A stretch of 64,000 nucleotides of DNA from Deltaproteobacteria bacterium (GTDB taxonomy: Bacteria > Desulfobacterota > Syntrophia > Syntrophales > Smithellaceae). A program made the position numbers and the translations under genes. The notes beneath the pieces were generated by a model. It was given only the letters and a program-made list of their open reading frames with translations, was not told the origin of the DNA and did not search any database. The stretch spans positions 5,972-69,971 of the forward strand of contig JANYAY010000143.1 of NCBI GenBank assembly GCA_025361065.1, in the 5' to 3' direction. This document shows, piece after piece, positions 53,359 to 63,452 of the stretch; the stretch's first letter is position 1; each line of letters begins with the position of its first letter.

Positions 53359-54429
53359 ATGGACATGAAACGCGATTACTATGAAGATGTTCAACTATTC
53401 GAAAGCAATGTTGTTCTCTTCTGGTCGGCGGCGCTCCTGTTGCTTCTTATTGCTATCCCCTTCTTTGCTCCCAAGTACTACATCTTTCTAATGAACGTTG
53501 TCATCGTTCACGTCATCCTGGCTGTCGGCTTGAATATTCTGGTCGGTTACACGGGACAGATATCTCTGGGACATGCCGGTTTCTTTGCCATTGGCGCCTA
53601 CGGCACAGCCCTCCTGATGATGAAGCTGCAGATGCCGTTCATACCTGCCATCCTGCTGGCCGGATTCATTGCCGCATTCTTCGGATTCATTCTCGGGTTG
53701 CCTGCGCTGCGTCTTGAGGGGCCATATCTGGCTGTGGCTTCCCTGGGCTTCGGCATGGCCATTATGCATGTGATCGGGCACTGGCAATTCTTCGGAGGGC
53801 GAACCGGTATTCAGGTTCCGCCTCTGGACATCGGAGTGTCGCAATGGGGGCTCGGCTTTATCCTCAAGGAGGACTGGCAGAAATATTATCTGATTTTGGC
53901 GGTTGCGGTGATCATGATCATCGCTGCCCGCAACATTATGAAGACCAGGGTAGGCAGGTCTTTCGTTGCCATACGCGACAGTGACATTGCCGCGGAAGTC
54001 ATCGGCATCAATCTTACGATTTATAAGACGCTGGCCTTTGCCATCAGTGCTTTCTATGCAGGAATTGCGGGCGGCCTGTTCGGTTTTGTGCTGGGATTTT
54101 TCGATCCATTTACCTTCAACATGATGCTTTCCATTATTTTTCTGGTAATGGTCGTGGTTGGCGGGCTCGGTTCCGTTGCGGGACCGATAATGGGCGCAGC
54201 GCTCATTACCTATTTGCAGTATAGCCTGCTCAAAAATGTTGCCGAGATACCCGTAATCGGTAAATTCATGCTGACAGTTTCCAGCAAGTGGTTTACGGTT
54301 GTAGGTCTCGAAAACATCAACGGCATTGTTTTGGGTCTCATCATGATCAGTATTGTAATCTTTGAGCCTCTGGGCATGTACGGCATCTGGATCCGCATTA
54401 AAAAATACTGGATGACCTGGCCATTCTAA
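53359..54429 (+). CDS. livM: branched-chain-amino-acid-type ABC transporter permease (LivM family)
   Basis: 356 aa and polytopic, with the LivM-like block GQISLGHAGFFAIGAY. Confidence 0.9.
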   Translation: MDMKRDYYEDVQLFESNVVLFWSAALLLLLIAIPFFAPKYYIFLMNVVIVHVILAVGLNILVGYTGQISLGHAGFFAIGAYGTALLMMKLQMPFIPAILLAGFIAAFFGFILGLPALRLEGPYLAVASLGFGMAIMHVIGHWQFFGGRTGIQVPPLDIGVSQWGLGFILKEDWQKYYLILAVAVIMIIAARNIMKTRVGRSFVAIRDSDIAAEVIGINLTIYKTLAFAISAFYAGIAGGLFGFVLGFFDPFTFNMMLSIIFLVMVVVGGLGSVAGPIMGAALITYLQYSLLKNVAEIPVIGKFMLTVSSKWFTVVGLENINGIVLGLIMISIVIFEPLGMYGIWIRIKKYWMTWPF

Positions 54430-54521
54430 TAAACACAGACGCGCCCGTGGTTCAGGGCTGCAGTCCAGCAGGATTTGCAGAGCTTTCGCAATACCGGGAT
54501 AACGACAACTAGGGGGAACAG

Positions 54522-55394
54522 ATGATCGGACAACTTATCGTTGAAGGCTTGGCCATAGGGGCGTGTTACGGATTATTCGGGATTGCCGTGGTCATCATCT
54601 ACAAAACTTCGGAAGTTGTTAATTTTGCCCAGGGCGAAATGGCCATGCTGTCGACGTTCGTAGCCTTTCACATCCTCAACTATTATCACTATCCCTTCTG
54701 GCTGGCTTTTATCATCACCATGGTGTTTGCCATTATTCTCGGTGTCCTGATTGAATTCCTGTTTTTGCGACCGGCCAAACATCCCAGTCTCCTCGGGCTC
54801 ATCGTCATTACCCTGGGCGCCGAGATGCTGCTGATGGGCCTGGCAGGATGGAAATGGGGGCCGGAACAGAATGAGTTCGTTGTTCCCATGTCCTACCAGG
54901 TGACTCACGAACCCATCTCGGGCATAATCATCACCGACTGGTCCATTGCCGTATTTGTCACCTCTGCCGTTGTCATGACCCTGCTGTTCCTTTTCTTCAA
55001 ATATACCAAGCTGGGAATCGCCATGCGCGCCACCCAGCAGAATCAGCATGCCGCCAAAATCATGGGCATCCGCGTCGAACGCGTATTTTCCATTGCCTGG
55101 GGATTCAGTTCCATGATCGGCACCATTGCGGCAATGTTTTTCGCGTCGCGATCGACCCTCGATCCGGGGTTCATGCTGGAGCCGTTTCTCCGGGCGTTTG
55201 CTGCGGCCGTGCTGGGCGGGTTGATGAGCATTCCGGGTGTGTTTATCGGAGGGGAACTGCTGGGACTGATCGAAAATTTCTTCGGTTATGTCTGGCCGGA
55301 GTGGAAACCAATCGTGGCTTTTGTCGTTATCATTCTCGTGTTGTGTATTCGTCCGAGCGGCCTGTTTGCCAAACACTATGTGAAGAAAGTGTAG
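54522..55394 (+). CDS. livH: branched-chain-amino-acid-type ABC transporter permease (LivH family)
   Basis: 290 aa and polytopic, with VVNFAQGEMAML typical of LivH. Confidence 0.9.
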   Translation: MIGQLIVEGLAIGACYGLFGIAVVIIYKTSEVVNFAQGEMAMLSTFVAFHILNYYHYPFWLAFIITMVFAIILGVLIEFLFLRPAKHPSLLGLIVITLGAEMLLMGLAGWKWGPEQNEFVVPMSYQVTHEPISGIIITDWSIAVFVTSAVVMTLLFLFFKYTKLGIAMRATQQNQHAAKIMGIRVERVFSIAWGFSSMIGTIAAMFFASRSTLDPGFMLEPFLRAFAAAVLGGLMSIPGVFIGGELLGLIENFFGYVWPEWKPIVAFVVIILVLCIRPSGLFAKHYVKKV

Positions 55395-55396
55395 TC

Positions 55397-55891
55397 ATGC
55401 TATTGTTGATGATGAGGGGATCTAAATTCCTTTTTCAATTTATCCGGGGCAGCATTGCCGTAGCAATCATCCTTTGCTGTCTGGGCTTTTATGATGAAGG
55501 CCGTTGTGCGGAGCCTTCCGTGAAGGTCGCAGTTTTGCAGGAAGAACAGGCGATTTTTGCAGCAGCTAAAGTGTATCTCGATGCGGAAGTCCGAAGGGAT
55601 CTGCCCACGGTTTACGCCTGCCTGGCGCCGTCTTCGGTTTATTGCGCCACCCATAACTATGAGGCCTTTCTGGCCGAGGCCAATGCCTCTCCGGTGAGGA
55701 TCGTGGGATATAAAATAATCCGGATTGCCCACATCAGGGACAATGAAGACCTTAAAAGCTTTCCCAAGGTAGAGAAGTTTGCCCATGTCGAAGTCGATAT
55801 CGTCGTTTTTTACAAGGACACGAAGGAAAAGGGCGATATCAATTTCGGGTTTACGTTCGTCAAGGAAATGGGCAAGTGGTATAAAGGCTGA
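55397..55891 (+). CDS. hypothetical exported protein embedded in the ABC operon
   Basis: The start was moved to ATG 55397, 3 nt after the livH stop. It has an N-terminal hydrophobic segment. No family recognised. Confidence 0.45.
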   Translation: MLLLMMRGSKFLFQFIRGSIAVAIILCCLGFYDEGRCAEPSVKVAVLQEEQAIFAAAKVYLDAEVRRDLPTVYACLAPSSVYCATHNYEAFLAEANASPVRIVGYKIIRIAHIRDNEDLKSFPKVEKFAHVEVDIVVFYKDTKEKGDINFGFTFVKEMGKWYKG

Positions 55892-55925
55892 TATCAGTTA
55901 AAAAAAGCAAAAGGAGAGAGAGATT

Positions 55926-57119
55926 ATGAAGAAGCAAAGCTTAAGCGTTTTATCTTTCATTATTGCCATGTCGTTTTTCATTTTAACAACGTCAGTCAAT
56001 GCTGCGCCGGGATTTGATGACAAAGAAATCCGGATTGCCGCCTGGGGTCCCCAGACAGGCCCTGCGGCCGCCTGGGGGAATGTGGCGCGTGGCCCCAATG
56101 TCATGGCGGCGATTATTAATGAAGAAGGTGGTATTAACGGACGGAAGTTGAAACATTTTGTTCGCGACGACCAGTACAATCCCGCCCAGACGAAGGTCGT
56201 AGTGAAGGAGCTGGTGGAACAGCAGGGTATCTTCGCCTTTGTCTGCGGAACGTCTGCCGCCGGTGGCATGGCGGTAAAAGATTATTTGAAGGAAAACAAG
56301 GTAATCTGGGTCGGACCGGCCACGTCGGTAAATGAATACGTATTTCCCGTTAACCCCTATCTGTTCACCATTATGCCCCTTTACGAAGACGAGGCGAGTA
56401 TTCTGACAAAATATGTTGTTGAGAAACTCAAGATGAAAAAGATTGCGGTATTCTATCAGAATGATGCTTACGGGAAAAACGGCCTGGAGGGAGTCCGACA
56501 GCGTTTAAAGCACTACAAGATGACCGCTGTGGCGGAGATCCCTGTCGAGCCCACTGAGCAGGATCTCGGATCGCAAATGCAGAAATTCAAAAGTGCCGGC
56601 GCCGAAGCAGTCCTGATGTGGGTTGCTCCCAAAACAGCGGTTATTGCCCTGAAAACCAGTAAAGCCATGGGATATTCACCCCAGTGGCTTTCTTCCGATA
56701 CGCTGAGTGATTATGACCTGATGTTCAAAATATCCGGTGGCTTGTGGGAAGGCGTAATTACCGGTGCTTTCACTCTCCCCCCCGATTCGGATAATCCGAC
56801 TATGGTTAAGTACCGGGAGGCAGCGAAGAAATACACACCGGCTGAACGATGGGGTGTGTTCTATCACGCCGGTATCATGTTCACTGAGCCTCTTATTTAT
56901 GCCCTGAAGAAGGTCGGCAAGAATCTGAGCACAGAGGCTTGTCTGAAAGAGCTTAATAAAATTAAAGATTTTCAGGGAACCGGTGGGAAAATTACCTGGA
57001 CGCCGACTCGTCATCAGGGGACGGACTCCATCATGATCATGAAATGCGGTCCAAATGCGACCTACGTACCGCTTCAGGGTTGGACAGCCAATGAACTGGC
57101 CACGTGGAAGAAGAAGTAA
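55926..57119 (+). CDS. ABC substrate-binding protein, Leu/Ile/Val-binding (type I PBP) family, paralog 1
   Basis: A signal peptide followed by GFDDKEIRIAAWGPQTGPAAAWG, and the C-terminus NELATWKKK. Confidence 0.9.
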   Translation: MKKQSLSVLSFIIAMSFFILTTSVNAAPGFDDKEIRIAAWGPQTGPAAAWGNVARGPNVMAAIINEEGGINGRKLKHFVRDDQYNPAQTKVVVKELVEQQGIFAFVCGTSAAGGMAVKDYLKENKVIWVGPATSVNEYVFPVNPYLFTIMPLYEDEASILTKYVVEKLKMKKIAVFYQNDAYGKNGLEGVRQRLKHYKMTAVAEIPVEPTEQDLGSQMQKFKSAGAEAVLMWVAPKTAVIALKTSKAMGYSPQWLSSDTLSDYDLMFKISGGLWEGVITGAFTLPPDSDNPTMVKYREAAKKYTPAERWGVFYHAGIMFTEPLIYALKKVGKNLSTEACLKELNKIKDFQGTGGKITWTPTRHQGTDSIMIMKCGPNATYVPLQGWTANELATWKKK

Positions 57120-57255
57120 TCGACTGGAAGTGGGCTGGCGTCCCTGGATGTCGAAGGCATGAGGGAACGCCGGTTCGAAATTCATGGAGAATGACCGGCC
57201 GGAAAATGGCCGGGGCAAGATGACTGCTCGAAAGAAAAACATGCATGGAGGAGTT

Positions 57256-58449
57256 ATGAAATTGAATCGATGGATGGGGTTCATCACCATTTCCTTACTG
57301 AGTCTCATTGTTTTTACAATGCCGGCAGTGGCGGCTAAGGGATTTGATGACAAAGAAATCCGCATCGGTCAGTTCGGACCACTTACGGGACCGGCCGCAC
57401 CCTGGGGTGCAGTTCTGCGGGGCAGTGCTCTTGCCTTTCAGCTGGTTAACGACAGTGGCGGGATTCATGGAAGGAAAATCAAATATCTCATGCGGGATGA
57501 TCAATATAATCCCGCGCAAACCGTGACAGTCGTCAAGGAGCTTGTGGAAAAACAGGATATTTTCGCCCTTGTCGGCGGTGTCGCCGGTGCGGGCAGTGTC
57601 GCTGCGAAAGAATATATTTCCCAGAACAAAATTATCTGGGTCGGGCCGACAGCATCGTCACGGGAACTCGTTTTCCCTCTTGATCCGTCCTTGTTTCTCC
57701 TGACGCCCCTGTATGAGGATGAGGCGAGCATTGTAACTAAATATCTGGTCGAGACCCTGAAAGTCAAAAAGATCGGACTTCTGTATCAAAATGATTCTTA
57801 TGGCAACGCCGGTTTGACCGGAGTCAAACAACGTCTCGCCAAGCACAAGATGGAGCTTGTTGCGGAAATACCGGTTGAACCAACGGAGCGGGATCTGGCT
57901 TCTCATATTATGAAGATGAAGAATGCACAACCGGAAGCCGTCATCCTCTGGGTGGCGCCGACAACAGCGGTTATTAGTCTGAAAACGGCAGCCACCATGG
58001 GTTTCAAGCCCCAGTGGGCGGCCGGGAATCCCCTTGCCGATTATCCCATGATGTACAAGATTTCCGGGGGCCTCTGGGAAGGGGTGATCAATACGGCGAT
58101 CGTCGAACCGCCGGACTCGACCCTGCCTCTGGTCGTAAAATACAAGGAAGCGGCCAAGAAATACATGCCGGAAGAGCGGTGGGGTCTTTTTTTCATGGCC
58201 GGTTTACTTGTGGCAGATCCGCTTGTTGAAGCCTTCCGGAGGGTCGGGAAAAAGCTGAGTACCGAAGCGGTTGTTAAAGAACTCAATTCAATGAAGAATT
58301 ACAAAACGATAGGTCCCTCCATCACCTGGAACAAGAATCTGCATCAGGGGGTGGATTCCGCCATGATCTGGAAATGCGGCCCCAATGGAAGCACGATTGT
58401 TCTGCAGGACTGGACGTCTAATGAACTGGCTACGTGGAAGAAGAAGTAG
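57256..58449 (+). CDS. ABC substrate-binding protein, Leu/Ile/Val-binding family, paralog 2 (tandem duplicate)
   Basis: The start was moved to ATG 57256 (GGAGGAG RBS). It is collinear with paralog 1 (GFDDKEIRIGQFGPLTGPAAPWG ... NELATWKKK). Confidence 0.9.
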   Translation: MKLNRWMGFITISLLSLIVFTMPAVAAKGFDDKEIRIGQFGPLTGPAAPWGAVLRGSALAFQLVNDSGGIHGRKIKYLMRDDQYNPAQTVTVVKELVEKQDIFALVGGVAGAGSVAAKEYISQNKIIWVGPTASSRELVFPLDPSLFLLTPLYEDEASIVTKYLVETLKVKKIGLLYQNDSYGNAGLTGVKQRLAKHKMELVAEIPVEPTERDLASHIMKMKNAQPEAVILWVAPTTAVISLKTAATMGFKPQWAAGNPLADYPMMYKISGGLWEGVINTAIVEPPDSTLPLVVKYKEAAKKYMPEERWGLFFMAGLLVADPLVEAFRRVGKKLSTEAVVKELNSMKNYKTIGPSITWNKNLHQGVDSAMIWKCGPNGSTIVLQDWTSNELATWKKK

Positions 58450-58581
58450 TCCCGGACGTTTTGGGTGTCAGAGTGGGCGGTATTGAACACAATGAGGGGG
58501 TAGTAGCACATTTCCCCCTTAACGTGGGACCTTTCGCGAAGATCAACATACGCAAACGAAACGAAGGGAAATGCGATTACG

Positions 58582-59364
58582 ATGGACCATTTCAGGGTTG
58601 AAAATCTGAGTATCAGTTTTGGCGGCCTCAAAGCGGTCAGTAACGTGAGTTTTAACGTCGAGAAGAACTCGATCTTTTCGATTATCGGTCCCAACGGTTC
58701 GGGTAAGACGACGATCTTCAACCTGATCAGCTGTATCTACAAAGCGGATCAGGGGAGAGTGATTCTGGACGGTGAAGACATGTTCGGTCATTATCCGGAC
58801 TGGGTGGCCAGGAAAGGAATCGCCCGCACTTTTCAGAATATCGAGCTCTTTTCCAATGCGACCGTCATGGACAACTTGATGCTGGGGCGCCATATCCATA
58901 TGAAGACGGGCATATTTTCCGGTGCCTTCATGTGGGGCCGGCGGTCCCGGGCCGCCCAGGAAGAAATCCGGCATCGGGAGATCGTTGAGGGAATCATCGA
59001 CTTTCTCGATCTGCAGTTGGTGCGGGACCAATTCGTTGCCAATCTGCCTTATGGAAAGCGGAAACTCGTCGAACTCGGACGGGCTCTGGCGCTCGAACCC
59101 AAGGTTCTTCTGCTGGACGAACCGTCTGCGGGAATGAATACCGAAGAAAAAGAAGATCTTAACATCTGGGTAAAGGACATTCGGGAAGATTATAAGGTGA
59201 CCATCCTTCTTATCGAGCACGACATGAACATGATCATGGGGATATCCGACCGGGTCTTTGCCATCAATCATGGGGAAAAAATTACCGAGGGCATCCCGCA
59301 GGAGGTGCAGAGTCATCCTGAGGTGATCAAGGCATATCTTGGGGAGGAGGTCGTCCATGCTTAA
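58582..59364 (+). CDS. livG: ABC transporter ATP-binding protein (LivG family)
   Basis: Walker A GPNGSGKTT, signature LPYGKRK and Walker B LLLDEP. Confidence 0.9.
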   Translation: MDHFRVENLSISFGGLKAVSNVSFNVEKNSIFSIIGPNGSGKTTIFNLISCIYKADQGRVILDGEDMFGHYPDWVARKGIARTFQNIELFSNATVMDNLMLGRHIHMKTGIFSGAFMWGRRSRAAQEEIRHREIVEGIIDFLDLQLVRDQFVANLPYGKRKLVELGRALALEPKVLLLDEPSAGMNTEEKEDLNIWVKDIREDYKVTILLIEHDMNMIMGISDRVFAINHGEKITEGIPQEVQSHPEVIKAYLGEEVVHA

Positions 59365-60139
59365 AGTCAAGAACATCGAAACCTGGTATGACCTGATCCG
59401 GGCTCTCCATGGCATTTCCTTTGAGGTCAAGCAGGGGGATATCATTGCTCTGCTCGGTTCCAACGGCGCCGGGAAAACAACGACCTTAAAGACGATTATG
59501 CGCCTGCTCTATGACCTCAAGGAGGAGCAGCCGGAAAAAGGGACGATTGAATTTCTGGGCCAGCGTATCGACCGCAAGGACACGGACCATATCGTCCGCA
59601 TGGGCATCAGCTACGTCCCGGAAGGCCGGGAAGTGTTTCCCGAGTTGACGGTGATGGAAAATCTTCTCATGGGCGCCTACACACGGCGGGACTCAAAAGG
59701 TATTAAGGATGACATAGAGAAAGTTTTCAATTATTTCCCCATCTTAAGACAAAGAACAGCGCAGGAGGCCGGCTATATGAGTGGCGGTGAGCAGCAGATG
59801 CTGGCCATTGGCCGGGCTCTGATGAGCCGTCCTAAACTCTTGATGCTCGATGAGCCTTCTTTAGGACTTTCTCCGCTCCTGACTAAAGAGATCTTCACCA
59901 TCATCCGGGACATCAACCAGAAGGACGGTGTGACGATCCTTCTGGTGGAACAGAATGTTAATATGGCCCTCAAATATGCGAATTTTGCATTCCTGATGGA
60001 AAACGGCCGAATTGTCCGGGCGGACAAACCGGAAGTGTTGCGGGAAGATCCCGATGTTAAGGAGTTCTACCTCGGTATCGCCACGGAAATATCGGTCAAG
60101 GGTTACAAAAGGTATCGGCGGAAGGTCCGGTTCCGTTAA
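59357..60139 (+). CDS. livF: ABC transporter ATP-binding protein (LivF family)
   Basis: The start at 59357 (MLKVKNIE) overlaps livG by 8 nt. Walker A GSNGAGKTT, signature MSGGEQQM and Walker B LMLDEP. Confidence 0.9.
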   Translation: MLKVKNIETWYDLIRALHGISFEVKQGDIIALLGSNGAGKTTTLKTIMRLLYDLKEEQPEKGTIEFLGQRIDRKDTDHIVRMGISYVPEGREVFPELTVMENLLMGAYTRRDSKGIKDDIEKVFNYFPILRQRTAQEAGYMSGGEQQMLAIGRALMSRPKLLMLDEPSLGLSPLLTKEIFTIIRDINQKDGVTILLVEQNVNMALKYANFAFLMENGRIVRADKPEVLREDPDVKEFYLGIATEISVKGYKRYRRKVRFR

Positions 60140-60240
60140 TCCCGCTGCCGCGGGACGAGCGTTAATTCTCGTGAGCGAACTCGTGATATAATGACGTTCA
60201 TTTCATACCTCGACAGCTTGCTGCGAGGTGGTTGATTCAG
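60136..60240. repeat. short structured repeat, copy B (expanded version of 18581-18643)
   Basis: The same 36-nt core (60136-60171) and 27-nt distal block (60214-60240) as copy A, separated by an extra 42 nt (60172-60213). The extra segment begins with a partial duplication of the second hairpin and contains TATAAT. Confidence 0.6.
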
Positions 60241-60245
60241 GGGAG

Positions 60246-62057
60246 ATGATGATGTCAATTGATACATTGCCAAAGGCTTTTTTGGACAGGGCTCAGAGAG
60301 ACCCCCATCGTGTTGCCATGAGGTGGAAGCATCTGGGTATCTGGAGAGATATCACCTGGGAGCAATACCTGGAAAATACAAAGCGGGTATCTCTGGGGCT
60401 TTATGCATTGGGGGTTAAGCGGGGAGATCATGTTGCCATCATCGGGGAGAACAAGCCGGAGTGGCTTTATTGCGCCTTCGGGGCCATGTGCTCGGGCGCG
60501 ATCTATGTTGGAATCTACACAACAAATCCGGCCAAAGAGTGTGAATACGTCGTTGGTCATTCAGAATCCGTAGTTTATCTGTGCGAAGATGAGGAACAAC
60601 TCGACAAGGCGCTGGAATTCAAGGGAAAAACGCCGAATTTAAGAAAGATGATTGTCTGGGATATGGAGGGTTTGCGGCATTACCAGGATCCCATGCTGAT
60701 GAGCTTTGATGATCTCCTGGAACTCGGCAGAAAAACGGCTGAAGAAAATCCCGGGCTTTTTGTTGATCTGATTAATCAGACCAAACCGGAAGATGTCGCC
60801 GGTATTATTTACACGTCAGGAACGACGGGTATGCCTAAGGGGGCGATGTTGACCCACGAGGGTTATCTCTGGATGGGGCAGAAGGTCTGCGAGGTCGCGA
60901 AGGTCACAGAAGCCGACGAAACAATATCCTTCCTGCCGCTCAATCATATCTTTGAGCAGATCTTCGATTTTCTCGTGCATATAGTTGTGGGACATGTTGT
61001 TAATTTCACAGAGAATACCGATACGGTAATGTCCGATATGATCGATGTTTCTCCGACTGTTTTTCATGCCGTACCGAGAATATGGGAGAAGTATTATTCG
61101 GGAATCATCATCCGCATCGACGACGCTACCTGGCTGAAGCGGCAGGCGTATCACCTGGCGGTGAAGATCGGTACGGTTTACAATGATCTGATCCTCGCCA
61201 GGAAGAAGCCGCCCCTCTCTCTGGTGATCGCTTATAAGCTCGCCTATTCCATCGTCTTCTGGAAACTCAAGAAACGTCTTGGTTTTGACAGGATGCGTCT
61301 CGGTATTTCCGGGGCGGCGCCCATCTCCCATAATATCCTCAAGTTTTTCCAAAGCATGGGTATTCCCATCCGTGAAGGCTACGGGTTGACGGAAACAACC
61401 GGAGCCACCCATATGTCGGACATAGAAAACTTCAAACTCGGAACCGTGGGCAAGGCACTTCCGGAAACAGAAGTTAAAATTGCCGCAGACGGTGAAATCC
61501 TCGTCAAACACAAGGCGATTATCAAGGGTTATTACAAAGATGAGGAGACGACCCGGGAAGTCATTATTGATGGGTGGCTGTATACGGGCGATGTGGGGGA
61601 GATTGACGATGAGGGATACCTCAAAATCACCGATCGTAAAAAAGATTTGATCATTACGGCCGGCGGTAAAAACATCGCGCCCCAATACATTGAAAATCTC
61701 TTGAAGTTTTCCCCTTACGTCAACGATGCGGTTGTCATCGGAGATCGGCGGAAATATGTTACCGCACTGATTGTCATTGATGAAGATAACGTTGTAAAGT
61801 ATGCTCAGGATCGAAAAGTTCAATATACGACTTTTGCGTCGATGACGAAAACCGAAGAAGTGATTGAGTTAATCCAGCAGGAAATCAATAAAGTGAATGC
61901 GCAGGTGGCGCGTGTTGAGAACATAAGGAAATTCAGAATACTGGATAAAAAACTCTATACCGAGGACGGCGAAGTGACTCCGACAATGAAAGTGAAGCGC
62001 AAGGCCATTAATGCGCAGTTTGGCGACGTCATTGAGGAGATGTACAGAAACGATTAA
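60246..62057 (+). CDS. AMP-dependent synthetase/ligase (long-chain/aromatic acyl-CoA ligase type)
   Basis: AMP-binding motif IIYTSGTTGMPKGAMLTH, GYGLTET and GDVGEIDDEGYLKITDRKKD. The start is ambiguous among three consecutive ATGs (60246-60254). Confidence 0.85.
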   Translation: MMMSIDTLPKAFLDRAQRDPHRVAMRWKHLGIWRDITWEQYLENTKRVSLGLYALGVKRGDHVAIIGENKPEWLYCAFGAMCSGAIYVGIYTTNPAKECEYVVGHSESVVYLCEDEEQLDKALEFKGKTPNLRKMIVWDMEGLRHYQDPMLMSFDDLLELGRKTAEENPGLFVDLINQTKPEDVAGIIYTSGTTGMPKGAMLTHEGYLWMGQKVCEVAKVTEADETISFLPLNHIFEQIFDFLVHIVVGHVVNFTENTDTVMSDMIDVSPTVFHAVPRIWEKYYSGIIIRIDDATWLKRQAYHLAVKIGTVYNDLILARKKPPLSLVIAYKLAYSIVFWKLKKRLGFDRMRLGISGAAPISHNILKFFQSMGIPIREGYGLTETTGATHMSDIENFKLGTVGKALPETEVKIAADGEILVKHKAIIKGYYKDEETTREVIIDGWLYTGDVGEIDDEGYLKITDRKKDLIITAGGKNIAPQYIENLLKFSPYVNDAVVIGDRRKYVTALIVIDEDNVVKYAQDRKVQYTTFASMTKTEEVIELIQQEINKVNAQVARVENIRKFRILDKKLYTEDGEVTPTMKVKRKAINAQFGDVIEEMYRND

Positions 62058-62229
62058 TATATATTAAAATTCCCGCTCTTTGGGAAAAAAGTAATTGACA
62101 TACAAGAGGGATTTTTCTATATTTCCCCAGTCAGAAAGCAATATCTCATCAAATCCAATTAGCAAATTATCAGGATCAAAAATTTTCCGTCCCTCATTAC
62201 AGGGACGTCTATTAAAAAAGGAGGACGCT

Positions 62230-63426
62230 ATGAAATATCCAGAAGTTGCGTTTGAACCGTTTTTCAGTTGGGTTAACAGGCCCCGGATCATGTACTCACC
62301 GGGTTTGCGCAGTGAAGTGGGCTTTGAGATGGCCCAGTTGGGGGGAACAAAGGTAGTCATCTACACCGACAAGGGCTTGGTTGGGGCCGGGGTGGCCCAG
62401 ATGGTTATCGACGCGGTCCGGAATTCGGAACTGGAGCTCGTTGGGGTTTTCGACTCGATTCTCCAGGATGCCCGGATCGACATTATTAACGACGGTGCCC
62501 GGTTTTACCGGGAGAACGGTGCCGACTGCCTGATCGCCCTGGGTGGCGGGAGCGTCATGGATACGGCGAAGGCGGTGAATATTCTGATTGGCGGCGGGGA
62601 AGATGACTTTACTCCTTTAGCCGCGCAGGCCGCTCTCTGGGACGGGGCAAAGCAGCTGCCGCCCCACATTGCCTTTCCGACGACCGCGGGAACGGGTTGC
62701 GAGATTACGAACGCCATGGTTGTTCTGGATGTCGATGCGCACGCTAAGCTCTCAGTCACTCATCCGTACTGCAACTCCGACATCGCCATGCTGGACCCGG
62801 AACTTATGGTCAAACTGCCCGCGAAGATCACAGCCTTCACCGGGATGGACGCCTTGACCCATGCCGTTGAGGGGACAACCTCGACCTCCGCCCAGCCGAT
62901 CAGCGACGCCCTGTGCCTGCATGCCATCCGTCTGATTTTCAAATATCTCCCTCTGGCTGTCAAAGAACCGGAAAACATCGATGCCCGGGGACATATGCTG
63001 CTGGCCAGCTGCATCGCCGGGATGGGATTTGTCAACAGCCTGACAGGCGCCGTCCATGCCCTGGCCCATGCCCTGGGCGGGAAGTACGGCATTCCGCACG
63101 GTCTGGCCAATGCGATCCTGCTGCCCCACGTAATGGATTTTAATGTTTCGGAACGACCTGAGCGGTTCATGATGATTGCCGACGCCATGGGAATCCCTGT
63201 GGACGGGAAAGATCCCGAGGCCGCAGGACGGCTGGCAGTGCAGGCGGTAAAAGACCTTCTCAAAGAGGTCGGCCTCACCCAGACCTTGAAGGACTTTGGC
63301 GTTCCGGCAGACAGGGAGGCTTTGAAACCACTGGTGGAACTGGCAGCGGGTGACGGTCAGATCAGCTATAATCCTCGTTATTGTGAGGAAGAGGATATCC
63401 TGAACTTGTATCTTAACGCTTTATAA
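62230..63426 (+). CDS. iron-containing (group III) alcohol dehydrogenase
   Basis: The start was moved to ATG 62230 (AAAGGAGGA RBS). GGGSVMDTAKA and the His cluster (HALAHALGGKYGIPHG) are present. Confidence 0.9.
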   Translation: MKYPEVAFEPFFSWVNRPRIMYSPGLRSEVGFEMAQLGGTKVVIYTDKGLVGAGVAQMVIDAVRNSELELVGVFDSILQDARIDIINDGARFYRENGADCLIALGGGSVMDTAKAVNILIGGGEDDFTPLAAQAALWDGAKQLPPHIAFPTTAGTGCEITNAMVVLDVDAHAKLSVTHPYCNSDIAMLDPELMVKLPAKITAFTGMDALTHAVEGTTSTSAQPISDALCLHAIRLIFKYLPLAVKEPENIDARGHMLLASCIAGMGFVNSLTGAVHALAHALGGKYGIPHGLANAILLPHVMDFNVSERPERFMMIADAMGIPVDGKDPEAAGRLAVQAVKDLLKEVGLTQTLKDFGVPADREALKPLVELAAGDGQISYNPRYCEEEDILNLYLNAL

Positions 63427-63452
63427 AACATTAAAAAAGGGAGGAAAACATC

